A model generated the notes under the pieces. It saw only the letters and a program-made list of their open reading frames with translations, was not told the DNA's origin and searched no databases. A DNA stretch of 64,000 nucleotides, from positions 186,001 to 250,000 of the forward strand of contig RSEE01000029.1 of the NCBI GenBank assembly GCA_003971905.1. Direction: 5' to 3'. This stretch comes from Moniliella sp. 'wahieum'. Lineage: Eukaryota. Below are positions 12,001-24,982 of this stretch, piece after piece (within the stretch, counting starts at the first letter, position 1; the number at the start of each line of letters is the position of its first letter). Position numbers and translations under genes: made by a program.

Positions 12001-14361
12001 AATATACGATTCGCTCCGTTCCTCAGCTTGCTGATGGTGAAGCAAATCTTTTGCATCAGAGTCAACGATTCCACAACTTGGTCGTGCGCCTGCTCCGACT
12101 TTGTTCAGACGCTCCTCCAGTTCCCCCACATAGTCAGACTCGTCCGCCTCGCGGTTGGAGAGATGGCTCATGCCACCCTGAAGCTCAGCCAACTCTTCGC
12201 TGGTCCGTTCAGCAGCTCGTTCTTGGTCAAGAAGCCGGCCCTCCAGTTCGCTCACTTTGGCTTCAAGCATGACCACGAGGTCTTCCGAATCACCCAAGGC
12301 AGCCTTGAGCAGGTTGATCTGACCAGTGAGGACATCCATCGACTTTTATACTCGAGGATAACAGGCTCAGCGGACTTAGGGAACATGTCCTTGCTCTCAT
12401 CCCGCTCAGACGGAGAAGAGGCGCACGCCGTTTACAAGTGGCGGACGGGGATTGGGCATGTTGGCTCCAACGTGCGTTTTCCAACTTGAGCTGCGTCATT
12501 CCTCGGCCATTTGAGCAAGACGGTCTTGTTGCTTGCGAATGGTTTCCTGCGCCTCCCAACCATCCGATCCAACAACAGCACTGCCTCTTGATCAATGGCC
12601 GATGCAGCTGGGGACAGCGATCGAGCCTTGCGTAAGTTTTGGCGGAGCTTGGTCACCAGCGCCTGCAGATGGCTTACGTCGTCCCACCCAGGCTCATGCT
12701 CGTTTAGCTCTGCTCTTTGTTTTTGATTGCTCGAGCTCGGGAGGCATACTGCAATGTGTTGATCGTTTCGCTCACGTTAAACTCGGTCGGACTGACGCAA
12801 GCAATCATCAGCGTATAGGCGTTTCCCCCCAGCGAGTCCTGAAGTAGGCGAGTCAATTTGGAATCGATAGGGGACATGCACGGCCTTTTTGCCCTTGGAA
12901 CGTCTCCCAAGGCCGAGATCACGTTCCCCAACGCATGGAGGCCCGAGTTGATGCTGATGCCCTCCTTGATGCGCTCCCCCTTGGATAAGGTACGTTTGAG
13001 CTGGGTGGGAGATTAGGTCAGATAATTGGTTTCCACCAGCACAAGAAGGAGGGACTAACCCGTTCAGATCCCGCCAGATCGACAAAGTGGAACTTGCTGA
13101 TGGTGGTACCATTTCATCGTCAGAGTAGATCTCTGCACTTTTTGAGATGGATTGACCCCGATGGCTTCCCGACGTCTGGGATGGGGCCGGCGAGAAGCCA
13201 TGGACAGCAGGTTTCCTGCCCCCATTTTGGGCGAGGTCAATGGAGGCGAACACCGCCCCAGCTGTAGGCCGAACCATGGATTGCGGCCGCGGGATGGCTG
13301 ACATGGGCGTCCGCCTTCCGGGTGAGGTACGACTTGATGAAACAGGGGTGATACGACCCCCAAGGGAAGGAGCGTCGGCTGATTCAATCCAGGGAGATCC
13401 AGGGGACTGGGATGAGTGCCCAAGGTGGAAGGTGGGCGGTTGGTACAGGCTCAGAGGGAGGTGTTGGTGCTTCAGCGTCAAGCTGAAGATGGCATGGGAG
13501 CGGGAGGATTGGGTGTTCATATCCGTCTCGTTGGTGCGACGGGCGGCGTTACCCTGGGCTAGCAGGCCATAACGTCGGCCACGCTTTGAACTGTGATCTC
13601 GTTCATGCCCGACCAAACGATTTGGCCTTTGTCCTGACGATCTGGACGAGGGGGCGAATCAGCGGGGCGGTCTGGGTCGGCAAGTAAATCGATCAGTCTT
13701 CGTTGTACAGTTCGATAAAGCTGACAGACAGGACGAAGTTCGAACTGGGGTTTGTGTCACGGGTAATGCGATGGAAGATGTCAGCAACCGCACGTGGGAT
13801 TATGCCAGTGGCGGGTGTTGTAGGCGCTCGAATCATCAGGGGAAAAGGTGGAGGTGGGACCCATGGCGGTGCCCATGGTGTACGACTTTCCGCTGCTCGT
13901 CTGGCCATAGGCAAGGACGGTGGCATTGTACCCCTCAAAGAATTTCGGGATCAGTGGCTGAACCGAGTCGGCATACTGCAGCCTGGTCGTCCGTGGAGGC
14001 AAAGACACGTCGTAATCATAGCTGTGTTGGCTGCAGCGGGGGTCGCCGGGCCGGACGCGCCAGGGGGTACAGATGGATCGACTCGAACGCGGGCAGCGCC
14101 GTCGGAGAGAATGGATCCGCTGCCAGCGCGGGGAATGGCGGCACGATCGTTGGGGGTCAGGGGCCGGATGCGGACAACAACGTGGACAGCATTCGCATGG
14201 GCGGTGGCGGTGGCGGTGGCGGTGGCGCTGGGGACGGGGTCTTCACTGGCAGAGGCGAAGGAGGCGGTGCTGCCGGCGCTGAGGGCAGGGGTGTGGGGCT
14301 GGTGCTCGGAGAGAGGAGCAGGGGGGATGGGGGAGACGGATGGGGGCGGGATGCCCGACAT
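9086..14361 (-). CDS. Kinesin-4-like (KIF4/KIF21-type) motor with long coiled-coil tail
   Basis: [10 protein letters not shown]-loop [22 protein letters not shown]; switch [13 protein letters not shown]; switch II DLAGSER|LKRT across intron 13001-13059; [25 protein letters not shown]; then about 3 kb of Glu/Ala/Leu-rich coiled coil. The exact stop (about 9051-9086) is uncertain because of indels. Confidence 0.88.
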
Positions 14362-15559
14362 GCCAGGCAGGGGCGCGGAGCCAAGCGGCGGGCAGAGGGA
14401 GGTGGGGGTGGGGGTGTGGGGTGGTGGGGGTGGGCGTGAGGGTGGGTGCTGGGGGGGCTGAGGCGCTGAGCGGACTGCTGAATGCTGCGACGCGAGAAGG
14501 CGAGCGTGGCCTGGGGGTTGGCTGGGCTGGCTGGGCTGGGGGTGCCAGCTAGCAAAGCCTAACCGCAGAACACTGTGCGCCCAGCCGCTGCCCCCGCCCG
14601 CACGGATGCACGCAGCCCACACTGGCCCTGTGCGGGGCTGCGATGTGGCGCACAGTTTCGCGCCGGGGCTGCACACTGCCCCCAAGGCAGGGGGGCCCGC
14701 GGGGCGGCTGGAGATCCGACGCAGGAGCGCTCCCAGACGCGACGCCTGCGATTGTCCTCCCAGGCCTCACTAGTAACTAGTAACTAGTAACGGCGCAGGT
14801 GCCCAGTGGCGCTTACCGAGTAGTCACTAGTCATTAATCATTCGCGACGCGTGATATGTGACACACGCGATGCTGGTGACATGCATGACATGGCCGTGCA
14901 GACGTGTGTGCTGCGTGCTGCCTGGTGCTGCGGTGGGTGCTACGCGCCAGGGCACGAGGCCACTGTGCTGTCCTGTCTGCGTACGCTTGGGGCTGCATAT
15001 CCAGTGCTACGTAGTTCCGTCGCTGGTTCCTAGCTCGTGCTCTGTCCGTCTGTCCCATGTCCCGCTCCATCGACGGGGGCCAAGTGAAACGTTCAGCTGA
15101 ACATTCAATGTTCATCGTTCAACATTCAATCACCAGGTCTCGCATCCTATCTCCATTCTCTCCATTCTTGCATCGGGCAATCTCACAGAGCCACGCACTT
15201 CAATCCGTTTGCGATCGAAGCAGACTTTGCTCCCTACCTGCCCCGCAAAACACTACACCCAGTCCTTTGTTAAACGTGAAACGTGAAACGTAACGTATAA
15301 AGGGTACACGCTAATTGATTCCGGCGTGATCTGGCAGCTCTCTTTGTGGCAGCTCTCAGTGGGACGAACGCCGGCTTTTCCAAAGGCTTACAAGTCGCGT
15401 GTGGTCGTGATGGGCGTATTCGAGTGAACAATCGCTATTCGTCTGGCACCCATATCCGCTGGCGCGCTTAGCACTTACACCTCCATCATCTTGTGCTCCC
15501 CCTCCCTCACCCGGCGCGGTCCGCCCCAAAAGCCCGTGTTTGCGCCCCAATACTATGGC

Positions 15560-16092
15560 TCCATGTATACTCCCACCCGGCGTGCCGCGGCAGACTCCGC
15601 ATCAGGACATTCTCCACCCGTGCCCCGAGCGTTGGCAGCCCAAACTTGATCCCCCGGTCGTAAATCAAGTTGAACTCGGCATACCGTCCCAACCGAATCT
15701 CTTGCCAGGCCCAAGTCCCGCAGCGTGTACGGCGTCTTTTTGTGCTTCTCAACAATCGCGGCTTATATGTTGGCACAAATGCGTTCCCCAAGCTGCGCAC
15801 CGTCTCGCAAACAATCTCTCAACATGGTTCTTCTCGGGCGAACGAGCCAAGAATGCCGCCTTGTTCCTGTCAAAGAGGCCCATGAAAGATGCCCCCCCGG
15901 TGGAGAGAGAGAGATCATCAAAGAAGACACCGTCCATACGGTTCTCGTTTTGCCGTGGGAAATCCAAGAGTACTACTTGTCGCACCAGCGCTTCCAAATC
16001 GGGTCGAAAGCCGGTCACACTTGTGGGCAACTGCCTTACGGGTGGCATGGAAGTGCTTGACACCGTCCTCGCTGAGGTGCATGTGTGTCAAC
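15560..16092 (-). pseudogene. HEM13: Coproporphyrinogen III oxidase relic, C-terminal half
   Basis: LTHMHLSEDGVKHFH (cf. LTPxYLxxEDxxHFH), WCDK, GVFFDDL, WQEIRLGRYAEFNLIYDRGIKFGL, GARVENVLMRSLPRHAGWEY. Frameshifts plus substitutions in normally conserved positions. Confidence 0.9.
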
Positions 16093-16600
16093 AAGCGCAT
16101 GGAAGTGTACATCCCCTACCTGCAATGCCATAATGACCACAAGGGCTGGGCAAAGCACCAAGAAGGAATGCTTTTTGATTGACGCTTGCAAACGTCTGGA
16201 AGGCCGAGAGAAGACATTTCGTCGGTCATTCAAGGTGGTGATATACGTTTGACAAGGGCGGCGTCACCATCTTCATTGTCCATGGCCATCTGCCCCCAGT
16301 TGCTATTCGTCAGATGAGTGTGGACCACAGCAACTTGATTGACAAATGGTATTAGGGTATACATCCTTGAAGAGCCCGAAGCCGAGGTGATGGGGCTGCA
16401 CTTCTTTGCCGCTCAGCTGGGCTTAGTGATCCACCCCAAGAACCCATTTTGCCCCACCACGCACCTCAACTACCGCTACTTTGAGCTGACTCACCCTCCC
16501 ACGCTTCAGGACGGTACCTTCAATCCACGCCACCTCCAAGACAAGAAGGACACGCGGATGGGACGAGCAAGGCCGTGGAGTGGCCGTTTGGCAGGGATGT
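16093..16600 (+). pseudogene. HEM13: Coproporphyrinogen III oxidase relic, N-terminal half, inverted relative to the C-terminal half
   Basis: [85 protein letters not shown], degenerate VEWPFGRD (cf. VAWWFGGG). Confidence 0.88.
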
Positions 16601-17611
16601 GGATTTTCTGTGCGCATCAGTTGCGATGCGCTGGCATCTGTATTCACCGAAAGATCCAGGTTGCATCGATCGGCGAGGTGGGACTTGGATGCTTTCCCCT
16701 GGTCAACCAAGGCCGTCGTAGTTCCAACAAAGGGACGTTATTGCGTGTGTTGAGCAGCACAAAAAACAAGTTGGGTGGGCTGGTACGGACGAATGGGCGT
16801 GGCAGCCGGAGTGACAGTCGGATCAGCCTGTGGGTCCTTTAAGCAGAGCCCAGGGGGTGGGCACTGTAGTACAGGTTGTGTATAGACTGTGTGGTTTGTT
16901 CACTGCCAAGGGAGAAAGGTATCGAGCGGAACGTTAGGAAAACAGACCTGGAAGGGCAGGGCGTCGGCGGCCTGGGATCGTCCGACTGACGTTCGTCGCA
17001 GTAAGGCCGGTCGCATGCTGTGTGGTTCGCGTCGCCTGTGGCAAAAGTCCATTTTGCTCTCGTGCCTCGCGTTATTAGCTTTGCTCCTTCCTCGGTAGCT
17101 GCTGCGGCTATTGTGCGGGTCTAAGCAGTGCCGGGGATGCACTGATGTCTCGATCATCAGTCGATCATCTCTCAATTAGCATGATTCATGAGCGCATGGA
17201 CGCATCAGCTACTTACAACGAACCACGCTACCATCTCTCCCCCTTGGAAATCGCGGTGATAATGACCAAAGAGGCGCACGTTACTACTTCTCCAGAATAC
17301 TAATACGGTACTGCCCGTCTGCACGATGGATGCAATACTAGTTATGCAGCCTGAGCACGCCAAGCTGAGCCCCCAACATTCCCCTCCATCTCGGTCGGCT
17401 TCCCTACTCACTCGACTAGGTTACTACGCATCCCAGCGGAGGCGAGACGAACTATTACAGACGAGAAACGCGGCAAATCAGCTAGGGCAAGGCAACGGAC
17501 AAAAAAGGCCATAGATAGGAATCGGACCGTGTCGAAGGAGAGGGTGGAGAGTGCAAAAGAGAGGTGGTATCAACTTCCTTGATTGCCCACTGCAGACGGC
17601 ACAAGCTAGTG

Positions 17612-20600
17612 CTAGGGCTGGTACCCATTAGCATAGCCTGGCCTTTGAGGCATGGGCTGCGCCAGCTGCGAAGCACCGTGCGGCGCGGGCGGCGCGGGTG
17701 GCTGGGACGAAGGGTACGCACCCATTCGGCCGGGAGGACCCTCGCCTGGCTGTTGGCGACGGATCGAGCCCATCATCGGCAAAGGAGAGTGAGTTCGTCG
17801 CATCGAGCCAAGCGGCGCAGGCCCGCTCGCCGAAAACCCGTGGGGGCAAAGGGAGCGCCAGGAGCGATTTGGCCCACGTTCATGTGCATGTTCATGTTCA
17901 CTTCATGTTCATGTTCACGTTCATGTTCATGTTCATGGGCATGTTCATCGGCATCTTCATGTTCATCGGCGCCCCAGGCATGGGAGGCGGAGGCGGCGGC
18001 GCGCCTGGGATGATGGGAGGCGGAGGTGGAGCACCGGGCATGACTGGCACAGGCGGACGTCCGGTGACATGTTGAGCGGCCATGCCCGGACTAAAGTGCG
18101 AAACGGCCGAGGGACCCGGTACGGGTCCCACGCGAACCGGACCCATGGCCGGGCTGACCTTGACACTGTGCAGACTGGGCGAGCGAAGCGGAGGGACCAC
18201 CATCGGAGCCACTTGGGGGCTAGAAGGGGCAGCCAGCGAGCGCATCGACGGAGCCGGACTGGGCGGGGGACGGGGTGGTACAATGACAGGACCCGGCTTG
18301 GCTACCGGACCCGAATGTTGGGCCAACTGCAACGGTACCCCAGCTCCACTTGCTGCAGGGCCAGGACGCAAATGTAGATCGAGTTGTCCCCTTGGAGCAC
18401 AATGTTGTGGCGCGAGGTGAAGGCGCTTTCCCACATGGGACTGTGCGCAGCACTGGTCGGCTTGCTCGTGGGAACATGGGCCTGGCTAAACGCAAACGGC
18501 ATCATGCTAATCTGGTTGAGATGCTGCGGGGGAGGCATTGGAGCACTGGGGTAGCGCTGCGGTACAGCCGGCATACCAGGCCCACCAGCGGGGAAGCCAG
18601 GGCGGCCGGGAGCTGCCCGGTAGGGCCCCAAGGCGGGGGATGAACTGGGATTTAACAGCACCGGGGCCGACGAAGAGGGAGGCAAAGGGGGGCGTCCTGG
18701 GCCAGGAGGACGATTGGTACTTCCCATGGGAGTGCCCTGCCCACCAGGGGCAACCCCAGCTCGAGACGATTCTTTGCTCTCCGTTGCTGCAGGAGCTGTT
18801 GTTGCAGCTCTTTTTTCGACGGCACATGAGGCGAAGGATCGGCAAAGAGGCATCCCAACCGTGAGCCAGTCAGGATCTGGTGCAACGCGCCGGTCGAGAC
18901 GTGGCGGATCTCGACAAAGCTCGAATCAAATGCCAAGAGGTATGGGTACGACAAGGCAAACGAGGTCGGGTGCCCCTCCCACGAGATGAGCCAATCCGGG
19001 CGGGAGCGACGACCAAACCGATTGACATAGAAAGCAAACTCGTCGTAACAGAAAACTCGCCGTGAATGAGGTAGATCGCCAGAGGGCGGGCGGTAACTTC
19101 TTTGTTGCTGGTCAAAAATCGAGCTTGGGGTCGGTCACGTCCAATATCCCCTGGGTATCGAGCGTGTCAATGTCCACAATCTCGAACCCCTTGGCACAGC
19201 TGAGACAGAGTCTGTTTTGAGGAAGACAGCGCCTGAGGACTCGGTCGAAACGTAAAAGTCCTTGTAGATGCGCAGCGCGTCTTGACCCTTGGAGTGGTTC
19301 GAGCTCCACTGCAGCCCGGGACGTTTGCCCTGGGCTCGCTGCTTGGCGTCAAGAGGCTCGAAAAGACGGATGGTCGATGAGACAGTGCTGGACTTGACTG
19401 CACACACCAACGTCTTATTGTTGACGCTGCCGACGCAAAGAAATGAACCGTTCCTTGGATGCGCCGACCCGCACGAAGAGACGCATCACAGTTGGTCGGA
19501 TTGAGAGCGTCCAGAGTGAATGTCCAGAGCGTCTTGTCGGAAAGAACGAGGAGGACTTGATATTCCTCCAATACTTCGATTTGCGCCACGTCCGGCAGAG
19601 GAAGTACCTTGGTAGGAGGGCGAGCACCCTTGCGAAGTTCAGAGAGAAAGACACCCTGTTCGTTCCATAGATAACTCTTCGTCCAAAGTCGAAGGGACAC
19701 AACAGTTGGGGCGAATGTCTTGCTCCTCTGCTGGCAAGGCATGACCCTTCTGGTGACGGTCCGGCCGCTCTGGCTCACGCGGGGGAGTAAAGTCAGCGAG
19801 CGGGCCAATAGGCATAGTCTCAAAATGTTGCTCCGATTGCGAAGCTGAGCCTGGGCCTCGTCGATGTGCTCGAACCACTTTTGACGTCCAACAAAGGTCG
19901 ATGCCCAAAGGGTCATGGAATAGCCATTGCGTCCGAGGAAGGTGAGCCGCAGCGCATACCCGTCTTAACATCTTGTTTGGGACCAGTTCCAGGGCAAGAA
20001 CCGAGGTGAGACGGTTGCCTGTGCTCATGCGGGTGGTGAGTGATTTGAGCTTGCCAGAAGGCTTGCTGCCAGTGGGAGCAGGTATGTCCTCGTAAACTGT
20101 GCACATCAGTAGTTCCAGAGGAATTGGCTTGCGGTTCACACGGAGGATCTCGACCTTGTGCACAATCTTTGGCTTGACCAGTACAAATGCATGGTCAAAC
20201 AGGTATGCTTGAAGTTCCGCGGTTTCACCCTGCCCACTTCCACCTCGACGCTTTAACGGGCCCTTAAAAACCATCTCGCGCCCCTCGTGTCTGAGGTGGA
20301 GGTCGACTTCCTCGCCGGGCTTGAAGATAAGCTGGTCTGCCAAGGTCGTTACTTGGAAACGGTTTCGCTTTTTCCCTGTCTCCTCATTCACCTGGGAGAG
20401 GAATTGCTTGACCATCTTGATCACCTCGGGAAGGGTCTCCTTATCGGATTCACCATCCTTGGTGTATTTGATCACCTGCTCCAACAGAAGTGGGTAACGG
20501 GCCAAACGCGTGGTAGGCTTGGTCAAGTATCCATTGAGTTCCAGCTTGCGCGACTCTGGTAACCGTTCAACTTCCTGCACGTTGAGACACGGTCAGTACA

Positions 20601-23563
20601 TCGCTCCCAAAGCCAAACAGAGAGCCGGATACGCACATCTACAAACGCAACAAACTTGGGATTTTCAGCCTTCTCCTTTTCAAACTCGTACTTGCCGTAC
20701 AGCTGGTGCGCGCCATAGCGGACAAAGGGTGCAAAGAGGGGAACACGACTCAAGAAGACATCGCCGATCTGCTTGACCACATCCTTGCTTTTGCCGGCGA
20801 ATCAGAGCATCCGAAAGGGGCTTGTTGACAGAAAGAATTTCCTCTGCGTTCCAAAACACTTGACGTACAAATTGAGCGCGCCTGTCTTCGGGTTCAATTA
20901 CGCCCGGGGTGTTGCGCAGTGGGTTCATCCAACGATCTCGTAGTATTCCAAGTCATGGACAAAGTCGGCCTCCGTGTTGACTACTTCGTTGATCAGTTCT
21001 TGCCGCTTGCGTTCCCTGCTGTCGACGCTTTCCAGCACTTCTTTACTCACCTTATCCGCCCACAAGGCGCCGGGGTGGAGCGACGGGCATCGTCATCTTC
21101 GTCGCCGTCCTGGTTGTCTTGTACGCCCGGCAATGCGCCCCTGATTGGCTCAGGGCCAGGCGCCCGCCGCGCACACCAAGGCACCATCTGCTCCCGCTTC
21201 GGCTTGAGCAGCCGCCGCCTCGTCCTTCTCGTGTTGGGTAAGATGATGATGATCCCGTTGGCGCAAACGCTGGCGCTGCTCAAGCCGAACATGCTGAGCC
21301 ATGCGTCGAGGGCAAGAGAGAGAGTAACAGAGATGTTCATCCGTGCAGGTAGAAGAGTAACATTTGGTAAGAGGAGTAAAGACACCCGATATCGCCACTG
21401 AATCATCTCCGTCCAGTAACGAGTCGGTGTCCTCATCAATGCCCTCGGTACCGGGTTCCGCATCATCGAACCCATTAGCCAAGTCGGCATCCTCCACATT
21501 GGCAAGAACGTTCACATCCGTCATGGGACCCAACCCTAATCCACCAAGACGGTGGAGCCGTCGACGGGCAGCATGGTCCCTTCCCCCGCCACCTGGCATT
21601 CGGCCACGGAATTGGTAGAGCTCAGTGGCCGAGTCGCGCAGTCGACGGTCGTACGTGACGTGATGGAAAAACTTATTTTGTTCCAGACTGCGCCCGACGA
21701 GCAGGGCCAGGTTCCGATGGGAGCTCGCCTTGGTATCGGGCCTGTCTCGTCCGAGCGTGGGCTCCCGAGGCCCAACAGTTGGACCAACACATCCACCGCC
21801 TCAGATCCATCAAAGGCATCCTTGTAGGACAAGCCATCTTTCGTACGTTCGCGAACTGGGATGCCAGCTTGCATTGCGCGCGCCATACGGCTGAGCAACG
21901 CAGGATTGAGCGGCAATTGGGGAAGATAGTTGGGCGTATCCGGTTCGTGCAGCCGAAGCAGCGTGTGTTCTGGGCTGGCCTGGGGACTGGGGCGGTGTAG
22001 TTCACGCTGCTTGTGCTCTCTCGAGCAACGAAAGAGTCGGAGCTGTGAGATTGGTTGGCTTGAATCTGTTGGTGATGGAAAGCCAGAGTGTCAAGTGATT
22101 CCGAGCGCTGACGAAGGTCCCCGCGTGATGACCTTGACGTCCCCACCGATAAAGGTTGCGAATCGTGGCGGTCCACAGGCCAAGGGGCCTGGTGCGGCAA
22201 AGCGACCTCCTGGGGGTGGGGGGAGATGTGAGGTGAAGGTCCATGTGACGCGTACGGGGAGGCTTGGGGAAAAGCGGAAGAGTGGTCTTGTCTTGCTTCT
22301 GCGGCCGAGGCGAAGCGGGATGACGAGGCGTTTGCGCCATTCGGGCGGCTGCGCATTAGCCCAGTCATGCGTCTGGCTGCTGCCGCCGTATGGACTGGCC
22401 ACATCCAACGCGTGGACCCCGCCGGGACAGATATATGCGGGAGTCACAGGAGAAGACGAGGTGGAGGAGGTCGCACGGTAGAGAGAAGGCGAGAAACTTG
22501 ACAGACTGTCTGAGCGTTGGGGCCCAGCACTAGCTCGTGGGGGGTGGGGTGCGATGTGACAAAAGCCATGCGTTGAGCTTGTATCTGGGCTCGCGCATCC
22601 TCCTGCGACGCAAAGCCTGCGGAGGGCGGCGAAGGGATTGTCGAGGCAGGAGCGGAAGGGCGCCGATCTGGGGCCCGAGTGGACTCGGCCGAGTGTGTGT
22701 GCAGCGTAGGGTCGGCAGCGGGTAGAAGCGAACTAGGTAATTGAGGTGGCGCTGGCGAGGGCGGCTACCGAAAAGCCATCATACGCATCTTCCAAATCAG
22801 CCAGATCCTCCGCCTCGGAAGAAGGCGGCTGTGGCCCAGGGGAAATGCCTCAGAGCGTCGGTCAGGGCTGGTGGCGACTGTCAGGGCATCAGCCAGGGTG
22901 GGGGGTCGGGGCGGATGGAAGGGGGCGCCAGAGAAGCTGGATACGGATGAGGGGCTGGTAGGCATGCCGGGGTGAGGGAACGCACCAGGGCGCGAGTAGT
23001 AGCCAGGCGCCTGGGGGGCAGCCGAGCGACTGCTGTAGGAGGTGGCCATCGTGACGGGGCTCATGCCACCGCACTGGATGAGGAGCTGGAGTTGGGATAG
23101 CCAGTGCTGGAGTAGGAGCCACGCGGGGAAGAGGCAGGCATGGAGCCGGGCGCGCCAGGGGGAAAGGGAGGGGGAGGGCCAAAGTCGTACGGCGCCTGAA
23201 AGGGCGGGGCATGGGGGGGGGGGGCGGCCAGGGTAGAATCCGGGCGGGGGTCTTGGGGGTGGGTGGTGCGCGAGGCTGGCGAGGGCGTGGGCCGAGGGTT
23301 GGGGCGAGGGCGCATAGATGCCGGGCGCCTGAGGGGGCAGGGGGGGGCCCAGCGGCGGGCGGGCGCCAGGGCCGGGAGCGGGCGCGGGCGCAGGAGCAGG
23401 GCGGCGGACAGAGTGGGGGCATGGGCGGGTGGCCGGGGGCAGCAAAGGGCGGGGGGAAGCGGGCGGGGCGGCGGGCGGCTTGGGGGCGGCGGGCCGGCCA
23501 AAGATGTTTCGTACGCGGCGGTGGCTTGTCGGGTGCGCCCGCGGTGCGCGAGGGGGCAGGCAT
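17612..23563 (-). CDS. ROM2: Rho1 guanine nucleotide exchange factor (DEP, DH/RhoGEF, PH and CNH domains)
   Basis: DEP motif KDGLSYKDAFDGSEAVD; GVFTPLTKCYSSTC...LCYSLSCPRR; DH motif VERLPESRKLELNGYLTKPTTRLARYPLLLE; PH motif YLFDHAFVLVKPK; CNH motifs QIEVLEEYQVLLVLS and YPYLLAFDSSFVEIRHV. Intron 20575-20636. The Pro-rich N-terminus and start codon are uncertain. Confidence 0.9.
17878..17965. repeat. (ATGAAC)n-type hexamer microsatellite in the ROM2 3' end, encoding an Met-Asn repeat
   Basis: Plus strand reads gttcat gtgcat gttcat gttcac ttcat gttcat gttcac gttcat gttcat gttcat...; minus translation MNMKMPMNMPMNMNMNVNMNMK. Confidence 0.85.
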
Positions 23564-24982
23564 GGGGGCGGGCGGGGCGAGGGGGTGCGGAACGAGTGGC
23601 GGGGGCGGAGGGGGCGGTGGCGGGTGGCGGCGGTGGGGCGGTGGCGGCGGGGGGGCGGCGGCAGCAGCCTGGAGGTGGCGCAGAGGCAGGCGGCGATGGC
23701 CAGCAGGCTGCTCAGGCTGGGCCGTCGGCAGCCGTGTGTGGCCTCGGGGCGACGCACTGGGAGAGCTGCCTGCCCCGTCCTGCGTGGGTCCCTCGGCGGC
23801 CAGCCCGCCGCCACACTGCCCCCCTGCTGCGCCCCGTGCAGGCGCCGTTGCTGGGCCTTGCGCGCCTCGCGCTTGGCGTTCCTATCGCCCTGCAACATTT
23901 CATTTCCCGCTCTTCTTCCCCTCCCCCTCCTTCCCCGCCTCACGCAGCCGCCCTCCTCTCAGATCTCATGGGCCACGCCTCCCCCCTCCAGCCACATCCC
24001 TGCCCGCCCTCCGTGCTGCGGGCGCCATCCGCTCTCGGCCACGTCGCCCCTCGCCCTTGTTTGCAGACCGCCTACAGTCCCCCACCAAAGCAGCTTCATC
24101 CGCTTTTGGTAGCTGCTATTCGCTTCGCTCAGGCGCTGGGGATGCACTTGTCGCCAAGCCCTAGCCAGTCCTGGTCTAGCAGCCATGAGTCTACACCGCA
24201 CCGTGACGCGCAGGTCCAAGTCGGCCTACAGGGCAGCTACCGATGATCGACCCGAGGCAAATTTGCAAATATACATGACAATAACCAGTGAGGCGAGAAC
24301 AAAACGAGTAGAGCATGTAGGAAAAGCTGATATGCGACTTCGTCCGAGAGCTGTGCCGACGAGCCACTGCCCAGCTTCACCTTGAGTTGGTCTGCGCTCG
24401 CGCCGTCAAGTAAGCCTTGCAAGCAAGAACACGGCAGCGAGATGCCCAGATGGAGTCCTTCCTGGGCCCCCTCGCCCTGAGAGCGGTCTGTCAAAGGGAA
24501 AGAGCCAATCGGCTCCTGGCCGCGTTTTTATACACCGCGTCCGCCAACCTCCACGGCGGAATTACAAGGAGCACTTCCAACTTCCGGGACGTGAAAGTTG
24601 AAATAACGTAACCAAACCAATGCACCGGCCCCCCCATGCGTTCCGCCGTCTCCTGCAACCCTACCTCGCTCCGTCAGCCGCAAGGATGCCATACCCAACC
24701 ACTAGTCACTCCACTGTGTTATACGCAGAATGCAGAACTCGGCCAAGACGACCTGACCGATCCGAGGCAGTGGGCAAGCAGATTATTGCAGTGGCTATAA
24801 CACAAGGGTGGGTTGAACAGTAGTAGACAAGAGGTTGAAACTCGAGGGGTAGTACAAAGAAAGGCGGGTCGTATGCTGTGTGGGGGGTTTTTCTTTTTCT
24901 TTTTCGAGGACAGGGAGGGTCCCATGTTGAAGAAGAGGGGCGTCATCTGTTGAATGACCGGGAGGGGATGTGCAGACTAGGC

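Noticed and set aside
22765..24246. Many overlapping Gly/Arg/Ala/Pro-rich ORFs around the ROM2 5' end (similar sets at 14000-14700, 34000-34450 and 55500-56200)
   Set aside because: Extreme GC content removes stop codons; these are Pro-rich N-termini and promoters, not extra genes.
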